A stretch of 64,000 nt of DNA from Desulfobacterales bacterium (lineage in GTDB: Bacteria > Desulfobacterota > Desulfobacteria > Desulfobacterales > UBA2174), in assembly GCA_963668645.2 (NCBI GenBank), contig CAXXWC010000018.1, positions 448,001 to 512,000 on the forward strand, in the 5' to 3' direction. Of this stretch, positions 27,129 to 37,256 are shown piece by piece. The notes under the pieces are model-generated. The model was not told the origin of the DNA, made no database searches, and saw only the letters and a program-made list of their open reading frames with translations. Position numbers and translations under genes: made by a program. Numbering within the stretch: the stretch's first letter is position 1; each line of letters begins with the position of its first letter.

Positions 27129-27311
27129 TCAGCTTTTCTTGGACGCGTATCCATCGGCGTACCAGCCGCCTCCTTTGAGGGCGAAACTGCACGTGGAGAT
27201 GATCTTTTCAGCCTTGGCACCGCATGCGGGACATTTGATGGTTTCGGTCCCCATGCGGACCAGCTCTTCGGTGACGTGGCCGCAGGGGCATTTGAATTCA
27301 TAAACCGGCAT
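27129..27311 (-). CDS. FmdB family zinc-ribbon protein
   Basis: MPVYEFKCPCG, CPACG, F.LKGGGWY..GY. Confidence 0.9.
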   Translation of the reverse strand: MPVYEFKCPCGHVTEELVRMGTETIKCPACGAKAEKIISTCSFALKGGGWYADGYASKKS

Positions 27312-27398
27312 TGTCGCAGATTCCTTTTTGCTCCGGGCGGGAAAATCGCCGGAGCGCGTTGATTCGGGCTTTTACCTTCGGTTGCCAGTCAGGTCTCT

Positions 27399-27605
27399 TC
27401 AACCCTTGGCGGACATGCACTTGGGCGGCTTGAACCCTCCGCTGCCGCTGGGAATTCCGTGGGGACGCACGCTGCCCGCCGACATGAGCTTTTCTACCTC
27501 CCGGGCAGAGCAGCTGGGGCAGGCCGGAGCTTCCGGGTCTCCGGGAAGCACCAGAGTTTCAAAACGGCACTGGCACCGATTGCACTGATATTCAAAAATG
27601 GGCAT
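27399..27605 (-). CDS. FmdB family zinc-ribbon protein
   Basis: MPIFEYQCNRC..FE, CPSC, KLMS. Confidence 0.9.
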   Translation of the reverse strand: MPIFEYQCNRCQCRFETLVLPGDPEAPACPSCSAREVEKLMSAGSVRPHGIPSGSGGFKPPKCMSAKG

Positions 27606-28123
27606 CAACAAGCCTCTCATAGTTTAAAACGACTTTTCTACTGCCCTTTGGCCTCCAAGTCAAGGAGGAGATCCGCGACTTTTTACGGAACTGAAATGGC
27701 TGGCGCCAGGTTCGATGCGGCTGACGGCGCAGGTGGCGGGCCTGGTCTTGCCGGCGTTGGGGTACTGCGTTTTACGGCGGAGGCAAGGTGTATTCCATGC
27801 CAATATTCTTCTATGGAGACTTATAGTCTTTCTGTCGTTATTTGGCCGGATTCGGCCTCTTGGATGCTGCGGGGGGCCGGGACCGCCTCGGCCTTCCGGC
27901 CGGCCCCGCCATTGTATCGGCGCGCTCCTGATCCGGAAAGACCAACAGATCGGATTCACCGGGAATCGTTTTACAGCGCCTTAATGGGTTGTCAAGGCGC
28001 ACGGGCGCATGTTAGCTATACGGTTCAACTTTCGGCTTCAACTGCAAAACAGAGTGTCATAGATCCCGAAATTAAAAATACGGATTAAGCCGGCCATTGT
28101 GTCAAGATGAAAGTGAGACCTTT

Positions 28124-29200
28124 ATGCTTCCGCCCTTTCACCCCCGCTTGAATACCACCTTGATCGGCAGCCTTCCCCTGTCGGATCCGGAAAAGGCTTT
28201 GGACCTGGTACTGGCTCACGCCCCGCGGGTGCCGGTCTGGCCCCAGCTGCCGGTATACCCTGAAGAAAGCTTCGTCGCCCAGTTCACCGCCGGGCTGCCG
28301 GGCTACGGCGGCAATCCGGCCCGGGTGGTGGTGGATACGGATGGCCCCGATTTTGACGCCGCCGTGCTCGATTTTTACGAAACGTACATGGATAGTGCCG
28401 AGCATTGGCCCGAGGCCCTGAACCCCCGCTTTACGCTCGATCCTAAAAACGCAAGGGGATTTTTCGCCCTCTGCCGCCGCCTGCCCGGGCTCGATGAAAA
28501 ACCCCTGGCAGTCAAAGGGCAGATCGCCGGGCCGTTCTCCCTCGGCACCTCGGTCAAGGACGCTGCCGGCCGGCCTGTTTTCTACGATGCGCAGTTGCGC
28601 GACATCCTGGTCAAGCTGCTTGCACTCAAAGCCCGCTGGCAGGCGCGCACCCTGGCCGGCCTGGCCGGCGCACCGGCCATCGTTTTTATCGACGAACCGG
28701 GGCTGGCGGGCTTCGGCAGTTCGGAGTACATCAGCGTCTCACGGGAGGACGTGGCCGAGAGCCTGGGCGAAGTCGTCGCCGCAGTGCACGCCGAGGGGGC
28801 CCTGGCCGGGATCCACGTCTGTGCCAATACCGACTGGGGCCTGGTGATCGATACCGGGGTGGACGTGGTCAATTTCGACGCCTTTGCCTATTTTGACCGC
28901 TTCGTCCTCTATCCGCAGAAGATCCGCGAATTTTTCGAGGCCGGCCGCATCCTGGCCTGGGGCATCGTGCCGACCCTGGACCCCGAAGATATCGAGCGGG
29001 CCACCGTCGACGGGCTGGTAAAACGCTGGGAAGAGCAGGCCGAGACCCTGACCGGCATCGGGGTGGTACGCCGGTGCCTGACCGATCAGGTGCTGATCAC
29101 CCCGGCCTGCGGTACCGGTGCCCTCTCGCCCGAGCAGGCCGAACGGATCCTCGGGCTGGCCTCCGGGGTTTCCGCGGCGCTGCAAACCAAGTACCTTTAA
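28124..29200 (+). CDS. Single-domain MetE-like (core) methionine synthase, MesB-like
   Basis: IGSLP, WPQLP, KGQIAGPFS, FIDEP, zinc ligands HVC and ITPACG. Confidence 0.75.
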   Translation: MLPPFHPRLNTTLIGSLPLSDPEKALDLVLAHAPRVPVWPQLPVYPEESFVAQFTAGLPGYGGNPARVVVDTDGPDFDAAVLDFYETYMDSAEHWPEALNPRFTLDPKNARGFFALCRRLPGLDEKPLAVKGQIAGPFSLGTSVKDAAGRPVFYDAQLRDILVKLLALKARWQARTLAGLAGAPAIVFIDEPGLAGFGSSEYISVSREDVAESLGEVVAAVHAEGALAGIHVCANTDWGLVIDTGVDVVNFDAFAYFDRFVLYPQKIREFFEAGRILAWGIVPTLDPEDIERATVDGLVKRWEEQAETLTGIGVVRRCLTDQVLITPACGTGALSPEQAERILGLASGVSAALQTKYL

Positions 29201-29228
29201 TCAAAGAAGGCCTGAAGAAGGATATGTC

Positions 29229-30077
29229 ATGACCCAGAGCGAGACCTCTTTTTCCGGCGCGGCGCGCTACGTGCTCGACGACGAACTGGCGCGCATCGTC
29301 AACATCTCCATGGCCCTGGAGATGCCCCTGCTGCTCAAAGGCGAGCCGGGCACCGGCAAAACCATGCTGGCCCATGCTATCGCCGAGGCGCTTCACATGC
29401 CCCTGCTGGTGCTCAACGTCAAATCGAGCATGAAGCTTATCGAAGCCTTGTACCAGTACGACACCCTGACGCGGCTCAACGACAGCCGCTTCGGCGACTC
29501 GAGCCGGGACGTGAGCAACATCGAGGACTACATCAAGATGGGCAAGATCGGCCAGGCCTTCACCGCCGAGCGGCGCACCGTGCTGCTGATCGACGAGATC
29601 GACAAGGCCGACACCGATTTCCAGGACGACATGCTCGATGTGCTCGACCAGATGGAGTTCGACATCATCGAGATCGACAAGACCATCCAGGCCCGGCATC
29701 GGCCGGTGATCATCGTCACCTCCAACGCCAAGAAGGATCTTTCCGACCCCTTCCTGGGCCGCTGCAACTTTCATCACATCGCCTTTCCCGACCCCAAGAT
29801 GATGCGCCGCATCATCCGGGTCCACTTTCCCGAGATCGACAGCCAACTGCTGGAAGGGGCGGTGGAGTCGTTTTACCGGCTGCGGGAGATCGACGGGGTC
29901 GAAAAAAAGCCCGCCACCCGCGAACTGATCAACTGGATCCGGGCCTTGCAGGCCGATGCGGACTTCCATCCCAAGAACCTGGCCAAGGGCGAGCTGCCCT
30001 TCCTGGGGGTCCTGTTCAAAAAGAGCGGGGACACAGAGCGCGCCGCGGCCGTGGTCAATCGCCGCCGGCTTTTCTGA
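29229..30077 (+). CDS. MoxR-like AAA+ ATPase
   Basis: GEPGTGKT, LLIDEIDKAD, TSN, FLGRC. Confidence 0.92.
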   Translation: MTQSETSFSGAARYVLDDELARIVNISMALEMPLLLKGEPGTGKTMLAHAIAEALHMPLLVLNVKSSMKLIEALYQYDTLTRLNDSRFGDSSRDVSNIEDYIKMGKIGQAFTAERRTVLLIDEIDKADTDFQDDMLDVLDQMEFDIIEIDKTIQARHRPVIIVTSNAKKDLSDPFLGRCNFHHIAFPDPKMMRRIIRVHFPEIDSQLLEGAVESFYRLREIDGVEKKPATRELINWIRALQADADFHPKNLAKGELPFLGVLFKKSGDTERAAAVVNRRRLF

Positions 30078-30102
30078 AATACATTTTTGCAGGCAAAAAT
30101 TC

Positions 30103-31296
30103 ATGTTCGTGGATTTTTTCTACAAGCTCAAGGACCAGGGCGTGCCGGTGAGTCCCACCGCCTTTTTGACCCTCCACCGGGCCCTGCAGGCCGGCCTGGT
30201 CCATTCCCTGGACGATTTTTACACTGCGGCCCGGGCCATTCTGGTCAAGAGCGAACGGTTTTTCGATCTTTTCGACCAGGTCTTCGCCCATCAGTTTCAG
30301 GGCGCCGAGCTGCCGTCCGACGAGGGGTTCGAGGTCGACGAGATGGCGCGGCTGCTTTTGGAGCAGTGGCTGGCCGATCCCAAGACCCTGGCCGAGGCCC
30401 TGGGGGCGGACCCGTCCGAGTTGAGCCGCCTGAGCCCCGATGAGCTGATCGAGTACTTCAAGCAGCGCCTGGCCGACCAGGATGGCCGCCACGACGGGGG
30501 CAGCCGCTGGATCGGCACGGGCGGCACGTCTCCGGTGGGCCACTCGGGCCACCATCCGGGCGGGATGCGCGTTGGGGGGGTGTCGCGGGGCAAGAGCGCC
30601 GTCAAGGTCGCCATGGAGCGGCGCTACAAGGATTACGCCCGCGGCGGGCCGCTGACCGAGGCCCTGATCGGCGAGGCCCTCAAACGGCTGCGCCATATGG
30701 TGCCGTCCGGGCCCAAGGACCAGGTGGACGTGGAGGCGACCATCTACCAGACCATGAAAAACGCCGGTGAGATCGAGATCGTCTTCGGCCGCAGCCTCAA
30801 GGACCGGCTCAAGGTGATCTTGATGATCGACAACGGAGGCTGGTCGATGGATCCTTACATCCCGGTGGTCCAGACCCTCTTCGATTACGCCCGGGCCCAG
30901 TTCAAGGAGTCGAAGACCTTCTTTTTCCACAACACGGTCTACGACACGGTGTGGCGCGACGCCGCGCGCTACCGCCAACCCCAGCCGGTGGCCGAATTCG
31001 CCCGCTACGATCCGCAGACCCGGCTGATCATGCTCGGCGATGCCTCGATGGCCCCTTACGAACTGATGGCCACCGATGGCTCGATCTACATCACCGAGCG
31101 CAGCGGCAAGCCGAGCATCGTCCAGCTCAAATACCTCGCCGAGACCTTTCCCCGTTGCTGCTGGCTCAATCCGGTGGCCGAGCGCATGTGGGGCTATACC
31201 CAGACCATCGGCGCTATAAGGCGCATCTTTCCCATGTTCGAGCTGTCGCTGGACGGTCTGGAAAAGGCAGTGGCCCACCTGATGGTCAAAAATTAA
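30103..31296 (+). CDS. VWA-domain (CoxE-like) partner of the MoxR ATPase
   Basis: WIGTGGTSP.G, MIDAS-like DNGGWSM, FFHN, GDASMAPYE, WLNP. Confidence 0.88.
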   Translation: MFVDFFYKLKDQGVPVSPTAFLTLHRALQAGLVHSLDDFYTAARAILVKSERFFDLFDQVFAHQFQGAELPSDEGFEVDEMARLLLEQWLADPKTLAEALGADPSELSRLSPDELIEYFKQRLADQDGRHDGGSRWIGTGGTSPVGHSGHHPGGMRVGGVSRGKSAVKVAMERRYKDYARGGPLTEALIGEALKRLRHMVPSGPKDQVDVEATIYQTMKNAGEIEIVFGRSLKDRLKVILMIDNGGWSMDPYIPVVQTLFDYARAQFKESKTFFFHNTVYDTVWRDAARYRQPQPVAEFARYDPQTRLIMLGDASMAPYELMATDGSIYITERSGKPSIVQLKYLAETFPRCCWLNPVAERMWGYTQTIGAIRRIFPMFELSLDGLEKAVAHLMVKN

Positions 31297-31352
31297 CTAT
31301 TTTATCCGCAGGCTGCTCGACCGCGCCACCCGGAGCCCCGGGATTATACGGG

Positions 31353-34300
31353 TCAGGGGCGGGCCGTTTTATCTTCAGGGTCCTGAAAAACCCGGCCGCA
31401 GATTCCCGCCGCAGCCATGCCCACGGCGTTCAGAACCACCGGCAGGAGCAGTTCGGCAATGGCCCCGTTCAGTGAAGCACCGCCGGACAGCTTGAGAAAA
31501 TGGCTTACCGGTTGGACTTGCAGGGCGCCGATTTCCGCGCGCCCGCCGAAGGCCGCCTGGGTGATCACCGCCAGGCGTGCATAGCGGCTGCCGAATACCG
31601 AAAGCTCGTCCAGGGCTGTGTGGAAATAGCGGTCGCTGGTGGCATCCAGCAAGATGAGATTGTCCAGCAGGGGGTCGTAGTCTTGGCGCAGCACCGGCAG
31701 ATACCAGCGTCCTTCTGCAAAAAACGGGGAAGGGGAAAGGCCCTTGGCCAGGTCGGCCACCGTGGCAAACTCATCCACCGTGCGCGCGCCGAGAAAATTC
31801 TGCTCCCAGCGGGCCACCGTCGCCGCACCGTAGGTTGCGGCCATTATGGTGCGTTTTTCCAGCGGTACATATTTGAGCGCCGCCCCCCGGCTGTCGACGG
31901 AAACGATGGGGCCGTGGACCGCTTCTCCGAAGCCGTGGCGAACCAGCACCAGCCGGCCGATGCGCGCAAAGGCATCTTCCCAGAACAGGCCGCTGCCTCC
32001 CGGCGGCCCCACGAAAAAGGCGGTGGCATATCCGCGGTTGGCCGTAAAACACTCGGTCAGCCCCGCGGGCAGAGACGCATCGCTGAAAAGGGCGGCAAGG
32101 GTTTCGGGCAGCAGTTTGAGATGGTCTGAAAGAACCCGGCCCCGGGTGCGGTCCCGTACCTGCCAGACGCCCGCGAGCAAACGGCAAAAGGCGAGGTATA
32201 GGGCGTCGGCCCCCGCTGGCCCCGGCACCTCGGGCAAGTGGAGAATCCCGGCCGAACCGCTCAGCCGGCGCTCCAGGGCGGGGGCCAGGGCCGGCCCGAT
32301 CCAGGCCACCGGTACCTGGGCCGTTTCCAGGAGATGCGCCAGCCGGGGCCCCTCGGGCGTGCGGGTGCCGCATAACATCAGCAAAGTCTGGGGCGCCAGG
32401 TGGCCGCTCAGGCCGGCCAGCCGTTCGACCCGCAATCCGCAGGGCAAAAAATCTTTCCACCGGGCCGCTGTGGAAAGGGCCGTGATTTCCGCCTGGCGGT
32501 CGGTAGGCACCAAGAGCAGGGTGCCGTCGGGCGGCAGATCGTCGAAGAGCCGCCGGGCCAGCGACGCCCGATCCAACAGTCCGTGCCCCGCTTTTGATCC
32601 GACCCGTTCAAGCCAATCGGGGCTTGCGGCCAAGCGGTCAAGATGCCCGAAATAGTCGGCGGCCAGTCCCGCATCAGCCTCGGCCAGGATTCCGCGGCCC
32701 CCGGTCACCGGGGGCGTGGAAGGCGCAGGTGCCGGGACCGGCAGGACCGACACGGCGGCCTGGGGCGAGGGGCAAACCGGCGGGCGGCTGCGCCCTACGG
32801 TGACCGACTTGGCCCGGTTGCGCGGGAATCCTTCGCTTGTTTGGCCGTGGCTGATCCCGTACTGATAGGCCAGCTCGTAAAGCACCACCAGGTCGAGAAA
32901 CGGCTGGAAGCAATCCTGAATCTTGGGCAGCCAGAGGCATTGGCCGCGGCTGAAGCGTTCCACCTGGCCGCTTTCCCGGCTGGCGTAGCTCAGGGCGATA
33001 AAGTCGATGCCCGCCGCATGCAGGCGGCCCATGGCGTCCAGGGCTGCCGGCATGCTGCCGCGGGCCGTGGCGTTGACCACCACCAGGGTCCGCGTCTTGA
33101 CCAGATCGTCCATTTGGGTGGGCAGATCCTCGAAATCCATGGCCCGGCTTACCGAAGTCCAACTGGTCTCTTCCAGCTTCAAGGCCGCTTCCCGTGCCGT
33201 GCCGCCGCGGTGCACCGCATCGAGCACCAGGCAGTCGGCCGCATCGCTATAAGCGGCGGTCAGGCGGGCGCAGGAGTCCTTCAGGACGTCGTCACCGTGA
33301 AGTTGACGGATCTGATCGGGCAGTTGCCGCAGGACGGCAGTCATGGATTGCGCCGCTTCGCTATTCTGTCTTTCACAGGCCACCCACACCGCCAGCACGG
33401 CCAAGCTGAAGGCCAGGCAGAAAGTACTTTTTACCGCCGCTACGGTGACCTCTTCGCCGCTGAGGCACAAGACCAGGCCGCCGCTTTTGGCCAGCACCAG
33501 GGCCATGTCGGAGAATCTTTTTTCCGTCACACCGATGGTGACGATATTGGACCGCAACAGCACCTTGGCCAGCTCAACCATTTCGGCGGTGGTGCCGGAC
33601 CAGCTCAACAGGATCGCCAGGTCCTGTTCCGGGCTCAAAGAACGCGCCAGCAGATCGAAGTCCGACGGGTCGGCGGCCACGGTTTCCAAATCGGGCAGAT
33701 GGCGCCGGAAAATGCCGCGTGCCACCAGGGCCATGTGAAAAGAGGTGCCGCAGCCCACTATGATGACGCGGCGCAGGTTGTGAAACCGCGGGCCGAAGCG
33801 CCGCTGCAAGAGCTTGTCATTGAGCCCCGGCGCCGGCCGGGTGCTGTCGCCGGGCAGGTAGGTGCGCAGGATGTTCTCCAGCCGATCGGGGATTTCGCGC
33901 TGATGCGAGACGAACAGCGAGGCGTACAGGTCGCGTCGCACTTGGGGCGGCCTGAGGGTCGCGCTGATGGGGTCGAGGTCGAGGATCGGCTCCTGTTGCA
34001 GATTCGCCAGCCAGACGTTGCGGCGGATCCTTGCGCCCTGCATCACGGTCTCGATGCGGGCCAAACGGTTTTCGTTCTCCAGGGGAAATACCTCTACGGC
34101 GAAATCACGGCACAGGGCTTCTTCGGTCTGATCGTAGTTTTTCCGCAAGGCGTCGATTTGCTCCTGCGGTGCCCCGTTTCCGCGCTTGCGGGCGACCTCC
34201 TGTTCGCAGTCCCGGGCCGCTTTGAGCATCTGCTGGCAGCGGTCGTGAATCAGCTTCTGGGGGAAGAGGCCGATGGCGGCGTTGATATCCGAAACCACCA

Positions 34301-35882
34301 TCACATCGTGGTTGTCGCGGCGCCGCACGATGAAGATGGGCCGGTCGCTGGCCGCCACGTAAAGCCGGCCCGGCGATACGCGGCTGAGCCCGATAACGGC
34401 GATCTGCCCGCCGTGCTGCATCATCTGGCGTACCCCGGCCACAAAGGCCATCTCATCCAGGTGGGCCCGGCTCCGGTCATGGACAGCGTGGTAGACTTGG
34501 TAATCGATGGCCTGGCTGCCGATGGAAAGATCGATCATCTGCGCTTCGGTCTGCTTGCGGATGGCCTCGAAGCGCTGCTGTTCCTGGTACAGAATCCGGT
34601 AATAATAGCCCCACAGCAGGGAAAAATACTCGCCTGAGTTGTCGCTGCGAAACGAAAATCCGGCCACCTGCTTCAGGTATTGTTTCAGCCGGGTTTCCAC
34701 GCCGGCGTCGAATTGACCGTTGACCGCGATGGCCCGCTGGCGGGTTTCATCCAGAAACGGGTGGCAGTTGGCCAGGGTCACAGGCGACTGGAGGGCCCAG
34801 CGGCCGTGGGCGATGATCGGGGTGGTGAGCAGCCTCAGGCTCAGCGCATCGGTAACCCCCGGCCGGATCGCCGTGGCCGCTTTCGCGCTGGCCGGATCCG
34901 CGGCCAGGGCGGGCAGGACAACTTTCTGTTGCAGGGCATGCAAGGCTGCCGAAGCGGCCCGGCCGAAGAGATTGGCGGCTTTTTCCAACTGGTAGAACTG
35001 GTACCAGGTCAAGGGGGCCGCGGCGGCGGCCTCGGGCCACAAGCTTTCCAGCAAGGCGGTCATCCGCTCCGGGATTCCCGGGTTTTCGGGGATGCGGGAC
35101 AGCAGGGCGCCGTCAAGCAGCCGGAAAACGCCGCGCACCCCGTCGCGGTCGTAGTCCTCGGGCACTGCCAGGGGACAATTGGCCATCAATTGCCAGAAAG
35201 CTTGCCAGACGCCGGGATGCAGGCTTGCGGTTTCAGACCAGAAGGCGGGATGGTGCGGGGTCGAGAGCCCCTCAAAGACACGCTCGAAAAGCCAGAGCAG
35301 ATCGCCGGGAGCGATGGTTTCAGGAAGCGGGAACTGGATGAGGGCTTCTTCCAGCCCACGGCGATAGAGGCTTTGAATCACCACCGGTGAAAGATCGTAG
35401 GCCTTGACCAGGCGTTCGACCAAGACGGCCAAGGCCCGAGGCGAGGCGGCGCGAAATTCCGGCATCCCGGCCGAATCGCCGCTCATGCCGGGATACAGGC
35501 GCCTGGCGCGCTGGGGCGGCAGGGCCACCAGGTCGTCGTAGCTGGGCGCTTTGCGGGGTTTGGCGCCGGCCACCTCGGTCTTGAAACCCTGCATCTCAAG
35601 AAGATCGCGACGCCACTGGATGCGCTGCTCGGGACCTGCCGGAGTGCGGCCGGGGGCCAGCATCTTGGTCGCGCGGTCCGGGTAGGCCGGATTTTGCGCC
35701 AGTTCCCGGACCAGTTCGCCGACGGCGCCAAGGGACTTGCGCGTCCGGATCGGTTCGTTCTCGTCGCCGTGAAGCCCGATACCGGTGCTGTCCGGAGCCC
35801 GATAGGTGACGGCCGACATGCCGGTGAGCACCCGGGTCAGGTGATTGCCGGCCCCGCCGAAATAGGCCACGATTCCGCACAT
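31353..35882 (-). CDS. Giant GlmS-like glutamine amidotransferase/SIS isomerase (1509 aa)
   Basis: MCGI, YRAPDSTG, HGRWA, NCHPF, VNG; GCGTS, SWSGTTAE, ALKLEE, PRNRAKSVTV; then a further ~450 aa with GEAVHGP. Confidence 0.85.
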   Translation of the reverse strand: MCGIVAYFGGAGNHLTRVLTGMSAVTYRAPDSTGIGLHGDENEPIRTRKSLGAVGELVRELAQNPAYPDRATKMLAPGRTPAGPEQRIQWRRDLLEMQGFKTEVAGAKPRKAPSYDDLVALPPQRARRLYPGMSGDSAGMPEFRAASPRALAVLVERLVKAYDLSPVVIQSLYRRGLEEALIQFPLPETIAPGDLLWLFERVFEGLSTPHHPAFWSETASLHPGVWQAFWQLMANCPLAVPEDYDRDGVRGVFRLLDGALLSRIPENPGIPERMTALLESLWPEAAAAAPLTWYQFYQLEKAANLFGRAASAALHALQQKVVLPALAADPASAKAATAIRPGVTDALSLRLLTTPIIAHGRWALQSPVTLANCHPFLDETRQRAIAVNGQFDAGVETRLKQYLKQVAGFSFRSDNSGEYFSLLWGYYYRILYQEQQRFEAIRKQTEAQMIDLSIGSQAIDYQVYHAVHDRSRAHLDEMAFVAGVRQMMQHGGQIAVIGLSRVSPGRLYVAASDRPIFIVRRRDNHDVMVVSDINAAIGLFPQKLIHDRCQQMLKAARDCEQEVARKRGNGAPQEQIDALRKNYDQTEEALCRDFAVEVFPLENENRLARIETVMQGARIRRNVWLANLQQEPILDLDPISATLRPPQVRRDLYASLFVSHQREIPDRLENILRTYLPGDSTRPAPGLNDKLLQRRFGPRFHNLRRVIIVGCGTSFHMALVARGIFRRHLPDLETVAADPSDFDLLARSLSPEQDLAILLSWSGTTAEMVELAKVLLRSNIVTIGVTEKRFSDMALVLAKSGGLVLCLSGEEVTVAAVKSTFCLAFSLAVLAVWVACERQNSEAAQSMTAVLRQLPDQIRQLHGDDVLKDSCARLTAAYSDAADCLVLDAVHRGGTAREAALKLEETSWTSVSRAMDFEDLPTQMDDLVKTRTLVVVNATARGSMPAALDAMGRLHAAGIDFIALSYASRESGQVERFSRGQCLWLPKIQDCFQPFLDLVVLYELAYQYGISHGQTSEGFPRNRAKSVTVGRSRPPVCPSPQAAVSVLPVPAPAPSTPPVTGGRGILAEADAGLAADYFGHLDRLAASPDWLERVGSKAGHGLLDRASLARRLFDDLPPDGTLLLVPTDRQAEITALSTAARWKDFLPCGLRVERLAGLSGHLAPQTLLMLCGTRTPEGPRLAHLLETAQVPVAWIGPALAPALERRLSGSAGILHLPEVPGPAGADALYLAFCRLLAGVWQVRDRTRGRVLSDHLKLLPETLAALFSDASLPAGLTECFTANRGYATAFFVGPPGGSGLFWEDAFARIGRLVLVRHGFGEAVHGPIVSVDSRGAALKYVPLEKRTIMAATYGAATVARWEQNFLGARTVDEFATVADLAKGLSPSPFFAEGRWYLPVLRQDYDPLLDNLILLDATSDRYFHTALDELSVFGSRYARLAVITQAAFGGRAEIGALQVQPVSHFLKLSGGASLNGAIAELLLPVVLNAVGMAAAGICGRVFQDPEDKTARP

Positions 35883-35918
35883 GACAACCTTCCGAACGAT
35901 TTCAAAGGGGTAATGGCC

Positions 35919-37256
35919 TCAAGGGGCCGGTATCCTCCGGCAACAGTCGCGAATCAGCGGTTCAACGCGGGTTTCAGTCTCCAGGCGCCACACCCTGGCC
36001 GCCAGGGTTCTGGCCGCCTCGATGCCCAGCACGGGCGAGACCAGCCAGGTGAACTTGGCTTCCAGTTCCGCGTCCGTCGGCAAGCTGTCGGGAGCCTCCC
36101 AGCGCGGTTGCACGCGGCCGGATCGAAAGCAGTTGCCGTCGCGGGTTTCGATGACGACCTCGGCGTAGGTTTTCATGGGAAAGGCCGCGTCAAAACGCTC
36201 ATTCACCGTGGTGGAAACCTTGGCGAGCAGATCGATCAGGTCCGGTTCGAATATCCGCGGCGGCAGTACCTGGCCCGGGCCGACCTCGCCGTCAAGCAGG
36301 GCGGCGGCCACCGGAAAGGCGATGTTGTACTGGGCTTCTTCCGTGTCGCGCGGCGGCCTGACGCTCAGGGCGCAGGCGGCCGCAAAGGTGAGGATGCGGA
36401 TGGCCCGGATCGATTCGGTCGCAAGATGATGCTCTCTTTGAATTTTCAGGGCTCCGTCCACCGCGGGTTGGGCCCAGCGGCAGGCGGCGTAGGGTTTGAA
36501 GTACAGGCGGCGGATTTGCCAGTCGGCGCCCAGCCCATTTATCCATTCTGGCTCGGGCGTGTCGGCAAAGAGGGGTTCGATGCCGGTAAATCCTGCGCGG
36601 GCCATCAGCACGGACATCATCGCGGTCATCGCTCCCCAGCCGATTCCGTCCTTGCCCATGCAAGGGGTCTGGATGCCTTTCATCATCGGAGCGATGGGGG
36701 CATGGTACTCGGCGGCGCCCATGGCGTTGGCAAGGGGGCCGGCTTCCAGTTGCAGGATTTTTGCGGCGGCCGCGGCCCCGGCTACGGCGCCCCAGCTTCC
36801 CGAGGCATGATAGCACGGATAGGTGGCGTGTCGGATAAGTCCGGCCCGGATGCCGATTTCATAGCCCACCACCAGGGCGGCAAGCAGCTCCGTGCCACTG
36901 CACGCCGGCACGAGTTCGGCCGCCGCCAGCACCACCGGCAGCACGCAGGCCCCTGGATGCCCCTTGACCAGACGGTGCCCGTCATCGATGTCCAGCGCGT
37001 TGGCGGCAAAACCGTTGGCCAGGGCGGCCCCGGCGGCCGAGGCGCGGCCCCCATCGACCAGGATCGTCGCCTCGTTGCCGGCGTACTGGGATCGGGCGAT
37101 CTGCCCCATCAGATGTCCGGGCGGTGTTTCGGCGCCGGCCAGCATGGCGCCCAGCGTGTCCAGCAGACAGCGTTTAGCCTGGAGGCGAACATCCTCCGGC
37201 AAGTCTTGCCAGGCACTTTGACGGATGAAACGGACCGCCGCGCCGTTGGCGTTCAT
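35919..37256 (-). CDS. MmgE/PrpD family protein
   Basis: LLDTLG, ALDIDDGH, GHPG, YFKPYAACRW, EAQY. Confidence 0.9.
   Translation of the reverse strand: MNANGAAVRFIRQSAWQDLPEDVRLQAKRCLLDTLGAMLAGAETPPGHLMGQIARSQYAGNEATILVDGGRASAAGAALANGFAANALDIDDGHRLVKGHPGACVLPVVLAAAELVPACSGTELLAALVVGYEIGIRAGLIRHATYPCYHASGSWGAVAGAAAAAKILQLEAGPLANAMGAAEYHAPIAPMMKGIQTPCMGKDGIGWGAMTAMMSVLMARAGFTGIEPLFADTPEPEWINGLGADWQIRRLYFKPYAACRWAQPAVDGALKIQREHHLATESIRAIRILTFAAACALSVRPPRDTEEAQYNIAFPVAAALLDGEVGPGQVLPPRIFEPDLIDLLAKVSTTVNERFDAAFPMKTYAEVVIETRDGNCFRSGRVQPRWEAPDSLPTDAELEAKFTWLVSPVLGIEAARTLAARVWRLETETRVEPLIRDCCRRIPAP

Noticed and set aside
27660..27959. Arrest-peptide-like ORF ending RGSPP
   Set aside because: Not a true RAPP/RGPP match; no RBS or recognisable family.
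34830..35690. Intein in the GlmS-like insertion
   Set aside because: No recognisable splicing blocks, terminal His-Asn or LAGLIDADG motifs.
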